Shown: positions 12,301 to 25,889 of the stretch, in pieces
Numbering within the stretch: the stretch's first letter is position 1
Layout: each line of letters starts with the position of its first letter
Assembly: GCF_018977255.1 (NCBI RefSeq)
Contig: NW_024704742.1
Span: forward strand, 103,232,001-103,296,000
Source of the DNA: Callorhinchus milii
Lineage: Eukaryota
Reading direction: 5' to 3'
Length of the DNA: 64,000 bases
Made by a program: the position numbers and the translations under genes
The notes under the pieces: model-generated
Database searches by the model: none
Told to the model about the DNA's origin: nothing
The model's input: only the letters and a program-made list of their open reading frames with translations

Positions 12301-13429
12301 CTGATAGCTTCTCAGTGACAGTAACTGTAACTGAATCAGGATAATGGATCGTGCCTGTACTGACGTATAGTGCACCAGGGGATTAAAGATTGAAGTAATT
12401 GACTTAAGAATTGATTCATTGCACCCGCTTGCAAATCACAGATGGTTATCCAATATTACTTAAAAAAAGTAAAGATCATCATTTACAATACAAAATTCTA
12501 AAATTACGTTTGTATAACATCTTTCATGGCATTAGGATGACCCTATTTACACCTATAAACGTGACATATATAATATAAATTGGATTTTAATAATATTGAT
12601 AATCCTTGCATTTGGTACCATGTCAAAATGCCTCCAAATTGCTGTTGGTTTGACTTTGACTAATGGATGAACTTCTCTTATTACCGATCATGGAACTTTG
12701 ACGTTGGAACTCTTATAATAGATACATTACTAAATAAAATATTTGAAAACACATATGCCAGAACACATACACTTTTAAAATTCATTAGAATTTGTAACAA
12801 AACTGTGCCCAAAATTCCATCATTTCTGCATGTAAAATTGAATCAGTTTTTTTTGCAGACCTGGACCATGAACTCGACTCTTATTACCTGCTTGCCTGCC
12901 TGTCTACACTCATGAAGAGTGATAGGAAAAGACTTCAAAATGTCCTTCACACAATGTCCAGATTAGCTGAATTAAAGTTCTTTGAAGGATCCTGGGTTCC
13001 GCAAGTATTGGGTTTTGTTTCCACATGAGTCTATATCCCTGGCAACCAGAGAATTCGGTCTAACTCGAGATCTGATCTTTCTCAGTTAACGCAAAAGAGA
13101 AATACTATAACTTGCTATTAGACATACAACAAACTCTTTACAAGTTCTTTTTGGAATTTCAAATACGACTTTTGACCAGAACAGAAAATCAAACTAAAAG
13201 TTTTCGAAGAGCATTTCCAAAAAATTCTCGTTTTGTGAAATTAATTAAAATCCAAACTTCAAAAAACAGCCCTGAAGGGCGTGACGTAAACCAATTCTGA
13301 ATCTCGCATTTTACAACTTTCATCTATATTACTCTGCTCTGAGACTTCTAACAATACTGCAGTCTGACCATTAGAATTAACCTAAGCAACTCTTGGCTTG
13401 GGAGGAAAAATCAGCCAAGCTTCCTACTT

Positions 13430-13578
13430 TTAGTAATAATAATAATAACCCGTGCATTTGATATAGGATCTTATCACATCGTTGAGATGTGTCAAAGCGC
13501 TACACAAAAAGTATTGTAAAGTGGATTGACTGTGTATTTTGTGGGTGAAAAGAAGCAGCCAATTGCACATAGCACAAA
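13430..13578 (-). mobile_element. SINE 3' fragment
   Basis: Reverse complement of the SINE tail. Confidence 0.7.
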
Positions 13579-13616
13579 CATTATTATTATTATCATTAAC
13601 CAGTGTCTCCTGACAA

Positions 13617-13949
13617 GAGTCCTGTAGCTCAGTGGTTAGAGCACTCGCTTTGCAAGCGAGAGACCTGAGTTCAATTCCAGGCAGAGGGCGAAACCTTGGG
13701 CAAGTTTCCTTACTCCACACGCCTAATAATAATCCCTCCAAAACCCCCCAAAAAACAATAATAAATTGGTCATTTTCAATCCACGACTGTTTGTGCGATA
13801 TTGCTGTGCGCAATTGGCTGCCGCATTCGCCCACAAATATACAGTCAATTCACTTTACAGTATATTCTGTGAAGCGCTTTGGGACGTCTTCCCGACGTGA
13901 AAAGCGCTATATCAAATGCAAGGATTATTATTATTATTATTATTATTAT
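13617..13949 (+). mobile_element. tRNA-Ala-derived SINE, short subfamily, full length
   Basis: GAGTCCTGTAGCTCAGTGGTTAGAGCACTCGCTTTGCAAGCGAG head; (TTA)n tail. Confidence 0.92.
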
Positions 13950-15249
13950 AAGAGGGGGCACACAATCCGATTTCATTGTGACATGCCCAAACCCCCACCT
14001 TTGCTACCTAGACTCATACATAAAGAAATCTTACGGAGGCGAGGTGTCTAAGAGGCTGCCATCTCTTGCGGAGTTGCAGAGTGTGGAGTTGTAATTCTGG
14101 CACAGGGTGGTATATTCAGGAGAGGAAGAAAGACGAGTATTAAATACAAAGAAGATGTATTATTTACTACAGGATGTTGGTAATAATGAACACAAAGCCA
14201 ATGATTTAATAGGCAGATCCTCCCTCCAGCTGCATTAATGCAGAGTCAGTCCTGTCTGAGATAAAAATGAGGGCCTCATGGAGATGCATTCAATAAAATT
14301 GCTCTGGAAATTAAAAAGAGCTAGCTGCTATCTATTATCTGTGGCAGTTTAAGTACTTTATGTGGCAGGTGGGAAAAAAACAATGCAAATTCATCATGGT
14401 TATTATTTTACGTCTGGTATTGAGGATGAATCTTCCCAATAAATGTGTTATTTTGTTTGTCAGTCCTGTTGCTTTTCACCTTTTCACTGGCAGAGTAACA
14501 CATTTCTGTAGCTAAGTTTTGAAAGGATGCATTCACCAGCCAACCTTTCACAGCTTTTATTGACCTTCTAACCCTCATTGCTTGCACTGCTACTACATTC
14601 TCTCCAGATGTCACTGTTTGTTTAGGGGCTTTGTTCATCGCTTTGTGCAATAGTAACAAGAAAGACAGCTTTCAAGAAACAACACCGCCAGCTTGGGAGT
14701 TATAGGAAAATGTCTCATTCGTCTCATTTGTCGCATTTACGACCTTCACCCTGATACTTATCAAATATTGAAAAGATCTCAACTGAGGTCTTTGTGACTC
14801 AGAATTATTGTTCTCACATTGTAATCTATTACTTTTCCATGCAATAAACCTTTTTTTAATTAAATAAAAAGCAGGGAGTTAGAACAGCTAGCTTTAACCC
14901 TTGGGACCTGACTTGGAATCCACCTAGTTTGATTGGATGAAAGCTTCCTCTCTCTCTGCTCCTGGACATTATGTACTAAAATCAGCTGGCGAGTTTGTCT
15001 ACAAAATAGACAGTCACTACGACATTCTCCTGATGTGAATGGCATGATATCAAATGCAAGGATAATTATTAGGGCTTCAACAACAATAACAAAATTACAT
15101 TTATAGAGCGTCTTTCACGTCGGGAGGTCGTCACAAAGCACTATAAAAGAAAGATGCTATAAAAGGGTAACTTGTTGTTACTGAGCCAAGTTATACATCT
15201 GTACCCAAATAGTACAAATTCAATAATGTATTTCCAATGTTAACTCATA

Positions 15250-15585
15250 ATAATCCTTACATTTGGAATAGTGCCTTTCACCAGGGGAGGTGATTTCAAA
15301 ACACTTCACAGAATATATACTACTGTAGAAAGTAGAGTGATTGTGTATTATTAATGTGATCGAATGCAACAGACAATTTCTGAACAGTAGTGCTCCACAA
15401 ACAGCCATGAAATTAATGTACAATTTTAATGGGGGATTGTTCGACCAGAACACAAGGACAAACTCCTTTCTCTTTTCAAATAGTGCCATGGGATCATTAA
15501 CAAGAAGACGACCTCGGTTCCGAAGGATGCCACCTCCAAAAATGCAGCACACCCTCCGCACTCATTGAGGTGTCAGCCTAACTTA
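15250..15585 (-). mobile_element. DeuSINE (SacSINE1-like) fragment
   Basis: Reverse-complement Deu block (aatagtgccatgggatc, ggatgccacctcc) and tail. Confidence 0.7.
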
Positions 15586-15714
15586 CATCAAGATGGGGAA
15601 GCTTGATACCAATGACGTAATTCTGACTCGGGATCATGATATAATTTATATTATTTTCTACTTCTTTATAATTATTGTTGATAGACAAACAGCCACTTTG
15701 CTTGATGAAAATAG

Positions 15715-16045
15715 CTGCCAGATTCCTGTAAGCTCCCTCCACCCAGCAGGCTCTGGCTGGTCCATGTCTCCCACCCGGCCCACCTATTATGGGCGGTCGG
15801 GCCTTCAGTCTTTCTGACCACATCCTTTGGAACTCCATCCCATAGTCCCTTAGCCTTGCTACCTCCCTTACCACCTTCAAGGCCCATCTCAAGACCCTCT
15901 TCTTCAACCTCACCTTCGCTCAATCATCTACTACTACCCTCCCTGCTCTCCTGATCGCAACCCTCGGTTCTTGCCTGTCCAGCGCCTTGTGACATCCTCC
16001 TGACGTGAAAGGCACTATATAAATGTAATTTGTTGCTGTTGTCAT
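15715..16045 (+). mobile_element. L2 3' fragment
   Basis: GGRAFS..LWNSIP..FKAHLKTL motif and tail. Confidence 0.8.
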
Positions 16046-16347
16046 TGCCATATCAGACCATGTGAAGTTTGCTCTATCGTGGATTCTATCTATTCATTCA
16101 ATCTCCAAAGAGAAAGTTTTGCAATATTCACCTTGCCTCAGAATGGAACTGAAGAATGAAATCAATGGGCCAAAGAATCTTTTTTATCCCTACTTATCAT
16201 GCTATCTTCAACAGCAACGTCTAGCTATCCTTCTAACCTGTAGTTTTCCATGGTGTGACATTTCCATGGCTCTACCACCTTAGGAATCACTGAATGGGCT
16301 CAATGGAATCAATGTGCCATTTGATCATCTCTATCTATATTTATCCT

Positions 16348-16690
16348 GTGGAGTCCTGTAGCTCAGTGGTTAGAGCACTCGTCTTGGAAGCGAGACACAT
16401 GGGTTCAATTCCAGGCAGGGCAAAACCTTGGGCAAGTTTGGTTACTCCACACCTCTAATAATAATCCCTCCAAAAAAACAAAACAATAATAAATTGGTCA
16501 TTTTCAATCCACGACTGTTTGTGGGACACTGCTGTGCACAATTGGCTGCCGCGTTTCGCCCACAAATATACAGTCAATTCACTTTACAGCATATTCTGTG
16601 AAGCACTTTGAGACATCTAGAAGACGTGAAAAGCACTATATCAAATGCAAGGATTATTATTATTATTTTTTTTATTATTATTATTATTAT
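16348..16690 (+). mobile_element. tRNA-derived SINE, short subfamily
   Basis: Full head-to-tail match. Confidence 0.9.
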
Positions 16691-17732
16691 ACCCAAATCC
16701 AAATCCGTCAATTCCATTCTAAATCAGATATTTGGCTGGCTTGTTTATCAAAGGAAGTAATCAACACATGATTAATTACTTTTGTTTGGACTTTGATCCA
16801 TGTAACTATCATTATATGGGAGAAGGCTCTAATCCCATTCTTGTATTCTTATTCTTTGGTTCTAAGACAATAGTCCAAGCTCAGTGGCTTGCTCACATCT
16901 GTGGTATTCATGCCAGCCCATCCTCTCAGCTGTGTTTGATGTGTGGACTAAGGAGATGATTTTACAATTGCCTGTAAATTTACCGACCATTGGGGAACAA
17001 TGCCTCTTTTATACTGTAGCTACAACAACTTGACATTGGCCCAAACAAGAGGTTGATGTTTTTTGTGTTTGCCCCGGGGATGTTCTTTTGGTCAACTGAT
17101 GTCTGACAAATGTGGAAATTCATTGCCATGCTTAAGAATATCCAAACCGGACTGAGAGTTCTACACATGTACACCAATTACACATGGAAATTTACTCAGG
17201 GTTTACACAATGACATCAGACATATGCTCTTGTGTGGGATATCATTGCTCTGATCACCGAATGCTGTGCCTTTAACATGAGCCTTGTAATCCTGTAGGAA
17301 ATCTCCAGATCATGCAGCATTTCCAAATCGCCAAGTATCTTCAAAATCATTCTCTCCCACGCACAAAACGTTTTAAGTAGTGAGTACTAAAATAGAAAGG
17401 GAAGATGTTCATCTTTTATTAAGGATTTTAACATTTGAGTTGTCAAAGCTATATTGAATACAAATGTGCACTGTATTGCTTATTATTTATTCCACATCAT
17501 CATCCCTTTTTCGAATGAATCAGTAAAGATTCCATCTGCCTTGGAGGTGATTCAGTTGGTTGCTTTTGGATCACATGTTGTTATTTCAAAGATAAGTTGG
17601 GAGTTCCTCATGGTTATCCTGGATAATATTTCTTCCTAATCCAAATTCAACCCAAAAATTAAGAATAATTTGCTATGTATCTCATTGTGTGCGGTGCAAG
17701 TTATTTTCCGTGCTTGTTCACATGACAACACT

Positions 17733-18098
17733 TAATAATAATAAATCTTGCATTTGATATAGCATCTTTTCACATCGTCGAGACATCTCAAAGCATTTCA
17801 CAGAATATACTGTAAGTGAATTGACTGTATATTTTGTGGGTGAAACGCAGCAGCCAATTGCGCACAGCAGTGTCTCACAAACAGTTGTGGATTGAGTGAC
17901 CGATTTATTATTTTTTGAAGGAATTAATACCCCCGGAACAATGATCCGCCAAGCAACTAACAACTTTCTACTTACTGCTAGGTAAACAGAGGCATGTGAA
18001 GTACGGAAACTTGCCCAAGGTTTCGCCCTGCTGGGAATAGAACCCAGGTCTCTCGTTTGCAAGACGAGTGCTCTCACGACTGAGCTACAGGACTCCAC
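17733..18098 (-). mobile_element. tRNA-derived SINE, long subfamily
   Basis: Full head-to-tail match with long block. Confidence 0.88.
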
Positions 18099-18747
18099 TT
18101 ACTTGATTTCTAATTAAATTAGTATTGTGCAAAGGTGTTTGAAATGTTTGTTCACATGAAATGTGCACTGTGACTTCACTGCATTTCCAGATCATGTTAG
18201 CTGTCCAGCTTTTTCACTCATATAAAATGTATTCATCATTTCTGCTTATTCCACCGATTTATTAATAAGAAAAATGTTTCTGAAAATGATTTACTTTATT
18301 CGGTTTGTTGATATATATTTGGTGAAATATATTTGGGATATGGCATGCTTTAGTTGTAGATCTATAAATCTGATTCCGTTGTTATACTACAAAATGGTAA
18401 TTCTCTCAACTGGAGGAGCTTTTGTGTAAGTGTGTGGTGTCCATGTGAATCTCTGTCTCTGCATGTGAACTGTGTAAAATGTCACCTTGAGAAACTCCCC
18501 CTTTTACCCAGGTCTTAATTAGAATCAAGTTTTCATTAAGGGCAATAAGGATATAAGCAGAAAACACATTTTATTGACAATATAGGAATAAATTATTTTG
18601 CATTTTTAAAAATTCTATATTGCTTTAAAGTTTGTCAAATACAGTGCGTAACATTGCATTAAACTAAATTTCGTGATTTACATACGTATTTCAATGCTGT
18701 AAACTGCTCATGTTTCATTTGAAACAACACACAGTAATAATCTCATT

Positions 18748-19063
18748 GTGGAGTCCTATAGCTCAGTGGTTAGAGCACTCGCTTTGCAAGCGAGAGACCT
18801 GAGTTCAATTCCAGGCAGGGCGAAACCTTGGGCAGGTTTGGTTACTCCACACGCCTAATAATAATCCCTCCAAAAAACAAAAACAATAATAAATTGGTCA
18901 TTTTCAATCTACGATTGTTTGTGGGACATTGCTGTGCGCAATTGGCTGCCGCGTTCGCCCACAAATATATAGTCAATTCACTTTACAGTGTGTTCTGTGA
19001 AGTGCTTTGGGATGACCTCCCGACGTGAAAAGCGCTATATCAAATGCAAGGATTATTATTATT
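18748..19063 (+). mobile_element. tRNA-Ala-derived SINE, short subfamily
   Basis: Full head-to-tail match. Confidence 0.9.
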
Positions 19064-19349
19064 TCATAAAGAACAAATGTGTGTGTTTAATTGAAATTCA
19101 GTGGTGAAATATGTTACTCATCCACATTAGGAGTAAAAAAGTTTCATCTTAATCTTTTTATACTTTGGGAAACACCACTGGATTTCTTTCATACTGCGTT
19201 TCTTATTATATGGATTATGTTTTTGTAATACCACAGTTTAACATTTGCTTTTATAAATTAATCTGTTAGCATGCAGTTTGTAATTTTTTCTCAAATGTAT
19301 CCATTTCGAGAATGTGTGTGATCTGAATTAATTTTGCAACCCTTTTTCC

Positions 19350-19585
19350 TTGTCTGCCTGTTCAGGTGGTAATTAAAGATCCCATGGCACTATTCATAAA
19401 AAAAGGGGGAGTTTCTCAAGGTGTCCTGGCCAACAATCCATCAAGTAAAATTAGTCATTCACTTCATGACTGTTGTGGGAGACACTATGCGCAAATTGGC
19501 TGCCGGGTTAGCCGATAAATGCAGTGTTTACACTCTACAATAAAATCCTGTGAAGCGTTTTGAGATGTCTCGATGATGGGATGAG
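19350..19585 (+). mobile_element. DeuSINE fragment
   Basis: gcctgttcaggtgg..aaagatcccatggcactattc..ggtgtcctggccaac. Confidence 0.75.
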
Positions 19586-19587
19586 CC

Positions 19588-19700
19588 ATTTGCAAGGCTA
19601 TGGGGAGTGGGACTAAATGGGTAGCTCTTTTAAAGAGCCGGCACAGCTCGATGCGCCAAATGGTTGCCTTCTGTGCTCCAGGATTCTATGATTCTATGAT
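19588..19700 (+). mobile_element. CR1 3' end fragment
   Basis: agagccggcacag..ccttctgtgct..(attctatg)n tail. Confidence 0.7.
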
Positions 19701-19957
19701 ATTAAATGCAATGATTTTATTATCCCCTTTTTAAAATTTTCTTTTGTAAAATGCTTTGTGACATTTATTTTATATGAAAGGCATGGCATCAATGCAAATA
19801 TTATTATTACTATTACTAGAGTACCCTCAATTTTGCAGTAAGCAATTATGATAACAATACAGGTTGCGAACCCTGTAGAGAAACTGGAACTGTTACATGA
19901 ATATTTGGTTATTAAATATGTCAGCAAAAGCTCCTGTCTCTCAAATTAAAAGTAACT

Positions 19958-20568
19958 CAAGGCTGGACTATGGGAACTCTCTCCTCGTCGGCCTTCCCGC
20001 CACCTCCCTCCACAAGCTGCAGGTCATTCAGAACTCTGCAGCTCATGTACTGTCCCGCACCAGGCTTCGGGACCACATCACTCCCACCCTCGCTCACCTC
20101 CATTGGCTCCCCATCCCCCAGAGGATCGATTTCAAGATCCTCATCCTCACCTACAAGGCCATTCACGGCCTTGCTCCCTCCTACCACTCCGACCTACTAT
20201 CTCCCTACCTACCTGCCCGTACCCTCCATTCCTCTGGCTCCGGTCTGCTCCACATCCCCCGCCCCAACTGCCCTACCATCGGTGGCCAGGCCTTCAGCCT
20301 CTCAGCCCCGAGGCTCTGGAACTCCATCCCCCAGTGCCTTCGCCGCCTCCTCCCTTTCCTCCTTCAAGGCCGGTCTCAAGATCTTTCTCTTTGACTGTGC
20401 CTTCAGCTCCCCTCTCGACTCTCTCCCCCCTCCTCGCCCCCTCCTCCCTTCCCTCCCCTCACCCTGACCATTTCCCCCTTGCTCGGGTCCTGACCCAACT
20501 GTACAGCGCCTTGGGACGTCCTCCCGACGTGAAAGGTGCTCTATAAATGGAATCTTGTTGTTGTTGTT
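19958..20568 (+). mobile_element. Young 5'-truncated L2 LINE with target-site duplication
   Basis: Open frame SRLDYGNSLLVGLP..LAHLHWLPIPQRIDFKIL; intact stem-loop and (TTG)n tail; GTAACT at 19952-19957 and 20569-20574. Confidence 0.92.
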
Positions 20569-20849
20569 GTAACTGTGCACGTTATTCGCAATGTGTCATA
20601 ATGTTGCCTCATTGAATTTCATTATAACAGCTGAATGAATGTTCCGAATCCTGTTAATGGGTTTAGCCTGAGTCTGTCTCTGCTGGCAGTCCAGTAGAAA
20701 ATATGCTCGGACACATTGCCTGATATTTCTTCAGCAAATATTAGGAACTACACTTTACAGTATATTCTGTGAAGCGCTTTGAGTTGTCTCAATGACAAGA
20801 TAAGGGCTTTATCAAATGCGAGGATTATTATCATTATGTTATATAACTT

Positions 20850-21750
20850 ATTATTCCTCATCTATATGCTCCCTCTGGGTGATGTCATCCGCAGACACGA
20901 GGTAAACTTCCACATGTATGCGGATGACACACAAATCTACTTTGCGTCCTCCAGTATCGATTCCACATCCGCCGACATCAGGGCCTGGATGAGTGCAAAC
21001 TTCCTGCAGCTGAATGTGACCAAGACGGAAGCCATACTCTTTTGATACCGTCAATGTCTTCACTCCTGCGGATCTAAACTCCTCAACCTTCCTGGGCTCT
21101 TCCTCAGACTCACCAAACCAGTGAACGATCTAGGCGTTCGGTTCAACCCACAGCTGTCCTTCCTCCCCCACATCGGTCCCTGACCAGGACCACCTTCCTC
21201 CACCTCTGCCACATTGCCCGCCTCTGACTGTGCCTTACCCTAAATGGAGGCAAAACCCTTATGCATGTGTTTGTCAACTCCTGCTTGGATTACTCAAACA
21301 CACTCCTTGCCGGACTCCCCAGCTCCACTAATCAAAAAATCCAGCTCATTCAGAACTCTGCTGCCCCATATTGACCAGGACCAAATTCTGTTGCCCCATC
21401 TCACCAGTTCTGGCCAGGCTCCACTGGCTCCTCATCACCGAACGAATCGACTTCAAGCTCCTCACACTCGTGTTCAAATCCCTTCACTCCCTGACACTTC
21501 CCTATCTCGCCGACCTCCTCACTCCCCTCCTCACTCCCCAGTCAACCACCCGGCACCTCCATCGACTGGCACCGACCTCCTGTTTGTCCCTTGCCCCATC
21601 TGCTCCACCATTGGAGGTTGCGGATTCAGCCACTCCACCCTAAAACACTGGAACACTCTCCCTCAATCCCTCTACCTTGCCCCCTCTCTCCCCTTTTTCA
21701 AGTCCCACCTGAAAATCTTCCTTTTCGACCGTGCTCACGGTCACCTTGTT
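20850..21750 (+). mobile_element. L2 LINE RT fragment (different subfamily)
   Basis: [26 protein letters not shown] (YADD catalytic motif); later ARLHWLL..RIDFKLL. Confidence 0.9.
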
Positions 21751-22274
21751 GTTTTTATAACTAGCAGTGTGGGTTTTGAATTCAAATTCTGTCCGTCACC
21801 TTAATGTTGCCAAAAACAGTTGCCCAGAAACATTGGTAGTTAATATCTGGTTTGTTACAGATTACTATTTTATTTGAATATACTTGTGAGTCCCAGATTA
21901 TTGTAATGTTATTTTTTAATGTCACTTTTGCCGGTTGATGTTCATACCAGTTGGTCTTTACATCAATCTCAAAATATTTACAATGAAGGACATACAGGTA
22001 TTCTCCATTGATTATATTTAGCTATGTTATTATGCCAAATCAGACACTGACTCCGCTAGGGCTAGACATGATGAGAATATGTGGTCTACTTTTTCTGGTG
22101 CTTGATGACATATCTGGCATTTTGGACCGATGCTTCTCTTTAAAATCTTATTTCCATAATTTATATTTCATATTATATTTGAATGATTTCACTCAGATCA
22201 TCTGAACGAAAAAAGATGGCTAATGGAATGAAAATTGTCCTTAAAAAGAAAATTATATCTTGTAGAAATAATAA

Positions 22275-22606
22275 GTGGAGTCCTGTAGCTAAGTGGTTAG
22301 AGCGCTTGCTTTGCAAGTGAGAGACCTGAGTTCAATTCCAGGCAGAGGGCGAAACCTTGGGCAAGTTTCCTTACTCCACACAGAGCCTAATAATAATCCC
22401 TCCAAAAAAACAAAACAATAATAAATTGGTCATTTTCAATCCATGACTGTTTGTGGGACATTGCTGTGCGCAATTGGCTGCCACGTTCGCCCACAAATAT
22501 ACAGTCAATTCAGTTTACAATATATTCTGTGAAGCGCTTTGGGACATCTAGAAGACGTGAAAAGTGCTATATCAAATGCAAGGATTATTATTATTATTAT
22601 TATTAT
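22275..22606 (+). mobile_element. tRNA-derived SINE, short subfamily
   Basis: Full head-to-tail match. Confidence 0.9.
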
Positions 22607-22859
22607 AAAATCATGCACGAGAAATGAAAGATATCCAAGAGAGATGAAAGAACAAGGCTTAGGTATGAACCAAATCTCCAGTGGATGACTAACGAGGATT
22701 TGAGAGCTGAAACAGAAGCTCTCAGAATATCAGCACAAGACCAAGCTATAACTAGAGTTATAATGATAATATTTTAATAATATCATATTTTATTATGTTT
22801 GCTTGTGAATAAGAAGGTGATGTTTGCTTGTGGATAAGAAGATTCAAGCCCAGCTTAGG

Positions 22860-23150
22860 GCTCTGAAAGGTCAGTCTAGACAGACATTTCAGTTCAGTGA
22901 CAGGGGAGTGCTAGTATTATTGGAGATATCACTCTCTGGATGAGATTGATAATCCAATACCCTATTTCCCTGTTCAGATAGTTGTTAAATATCATATGAG
23001 GATGGAGAAACTCCCATTGTTCTGACGTTCAGTACTCCAGATATATTGGTTAGTCTTTTTAATGGCTGTTTGTGATATCTTGCTGTGTGTAAATTGCTTG
23101 CTGTGTTTGACTTTAATTCCCTGTGAAGCACTTTGAGACATTTCAAAATG
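22860..23150 (+). mobile_element. Highly decayed DeuSINE
   Basis: ggggagtgct..ttggaga..ggatgaga..ctgttcag; tail ctgtgaagcactttgagac. Confidence 0.5.
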
Positions 23151-25889
23151 ATAAACTCTACCAACTGCAAGGTTAGTATTCTGTTCTCTTTTGTAAGTTT
23201 TGTGAATTTGTCCCTGTGTGATTATGAATAACTGAAATGCGAGTATATGTAACATGATGTTAAAGATATGATATGTAATTTAAAAAACTGCATAAGGGTT
23301 ATTTTCAAGTATACAGGAACAAACGTGTTGTACTTTCTGAATGGAAAATAGTGCTTAGCCTTAGTCAATGAATGCATTAAATAGAAGATTTCAGGCATTC
23401 AGGTAAAATGTCATGGTGCTGATGTAGTTGATAGTGCTGCAGCTTACAAGCTAGGAGCTTACTAGCTCACTATTACTAGCTCACTATCTTACGGACACCC
23501 CCCCCACCCCCGGCCCTCCCTATCCCCCTGGGGTCAGACTCTGCCACTGTTAAGCATTGTGGGATGCTACCTGGAGTGAAGGGCACTATATAAATGCAAG
23601 TTGCTGTTGTCAGCATAACTTGGAAGGGCAGACCAGTCACTGGGGACAATGATTATCCTGCTAACTTGGAAACCAAAGCCCTAATGAGTAGGTCCTGGTT
23701 GGGCAAATACTGGGAAAGCTTTTGGATCACTGCGTACTGGCACAGAAAGGATTGCGTAGTGTTCCTTTGGTGGATCATCAAGCTTCAAATGCCCTTGTCG
23801 GGTTTCAAATCCAGTTGTGATGCTGACATGATTTCAAGTACGACCACAGGGTTTGGTTGGCATAAACTCAGGATTTGGGATGTGTAGGTAAGAGAATGTC
23901 AGGATCTGCACCTCAATTGTGTCGTAAATTATCACGTGGTTGGTTCTCCTGTAGAACAAAATTCAGACATTTAATAGTAGGAAGATTATTGTTTGTAATA
24001 TTATTATTCGATTTGTTAAAACTCTAAAATTACAAGATTTATTTTATGTGAATACTGCAACCTGTCTGGAATAGAAATAACAGGATTAATAAAGACAGAT
24101 TAGTTGCTGAGCTAACTAAGCCTTCACATATTAAAGGAATGTTTTTAGGGGTTAATATTTCTGTACATATCCCAGCAACATTCAGCACATAGTGGCTGAA
24201 TACAACTCTTCTGTTAGCACTGTCCAATGCAGTATTGTGTGCATCTGTTGAAGATGACAGGTTATGTGGACAACAAACAAATTGTTCTTCTTAAAGATCC
24301 TTAAAATAGACAGCTATTGGGTGAAGCTTAGGCAGCGTCAGAAAGTAATGGAACTCTTCAAAGTGGACAGATTAATTGTACTTTTTTGAATGAAATTGAG
24401 CATAAAAGACAGGGTCATTGACAAAGAGAATGAAAGGTAGAGAAAATCTGCTTTTGTCAGCGAAGATCAAGATAAACTACTTTTAGTGCAGCTGCCACTG
24501 TATAGTTGTTCATGGTACAGAATGGATTACCTGTTGAGCACTTGTTCTATTTGCACAATGCCTAACAGGGAGCTCTGATACAAAGGCTGGCACAGTTGGA
24601 TGAGCTGCATGCATGTGTTTCAGTGTAAAATCTACCTTATTTTAAACATATATAATTATTCTCAAAACATTGTACTGTGCGGGGAGAGATGTGTGTAACT
24701 GTGAGAGCAGCAGGCGATACCATTGGAGTTAAATAGCTAAATCTCTTAACACCTACCTTTTTTGACCAAGCTTTTGGTCATCTTCCCCTCGCCATCCCCT
24801 CAGCTCCCATTTCCAGCTCGGGTCCACATTCAGCATTGTTAAGCACTTTGAGGCATCCTCCCAAAATGAAAGGTACTATAAATGTAAATTGTTTTGTATT
24901 GTTAAATATTGCTCAAGAGAGCAGGTTTTCAATTACTTTAGTGTCTCTGGCTGGTCCCATTTTCAAATATCACCTCTCCCTATCTCACAATCCTCTTCAC
25001 AATTAAATATTTAAATTATTCCCTCTTGAAATTGCTCACACTATCCGCCTCCTCCACCTCCATGGGAGAATGAATCAATTAAATAAATGGTTGAATCCCA
25101 AACAGGAGTTGCACTTTGATGGAGATAGATGGATGGATGTTCCTGAAAATATTCTCTCTCTTAATATGTGCCACTCAATTACTCTGATATAATACATGCT
25201 GTGGCCTGGTTAACAAAGGTTCAAATTTGTTTTTCATAGAGGAGAGTTGAGCTCAAATAACAATACAAATTGGAATTGGAACTCTAGTCCTCCAGATAGG
25301 ACTCCAGCACTTGACTGAGAGAACTAATAACTCACACTAACTGGTTTGTACACTCATTAATGTCAATGCGTAGACTAATTTGCACATCTACTGACACATA
25401 TTATATTTGGACAAAGTGAGCAATGCAATTTTTCCATATTAAGTGGACCTGAATAGCATGTCATGTAGAATTGTGAAGAATATTATTAAATGATGAAAAA
25501 ACGGAATGATACATCAATCTGCAGCAGAATAATTGATCCAGCATTGGACAACTCAAATTGTTTACCTTTGTTTGTAGGCTTGACCGTCATCATAGAAAGA
25601 ATTATATAGAATGATATGGCATTGAAACAAGATTTTTGGCCCAATTAGTACATGACATTACTTATACTCCTTATGGGCTCTCGTTTTATCCTCTCTATTA
25701 TACTTTATTTCCTTACCTCCCTCATGTATACATCAAGTTATCTCTTAAATATATTGATGCTTTATCAGAGTTTCCGCCACATTCTCACTAACCTCTGCAT
25801 GAAGCCATTACTCCTAATCTCCCAATTAGATCTACTGCTAGCTATGTTATATTTATTATGAGTGCTCAGTTTTTGCTCTAATAATATTT

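Noticed and set aside
13617..13690. Functional tRNA-Ala gene
   Set aside because: No acceptor stem pairing; the sequence continues into a SINE body present in more than 15 copies.
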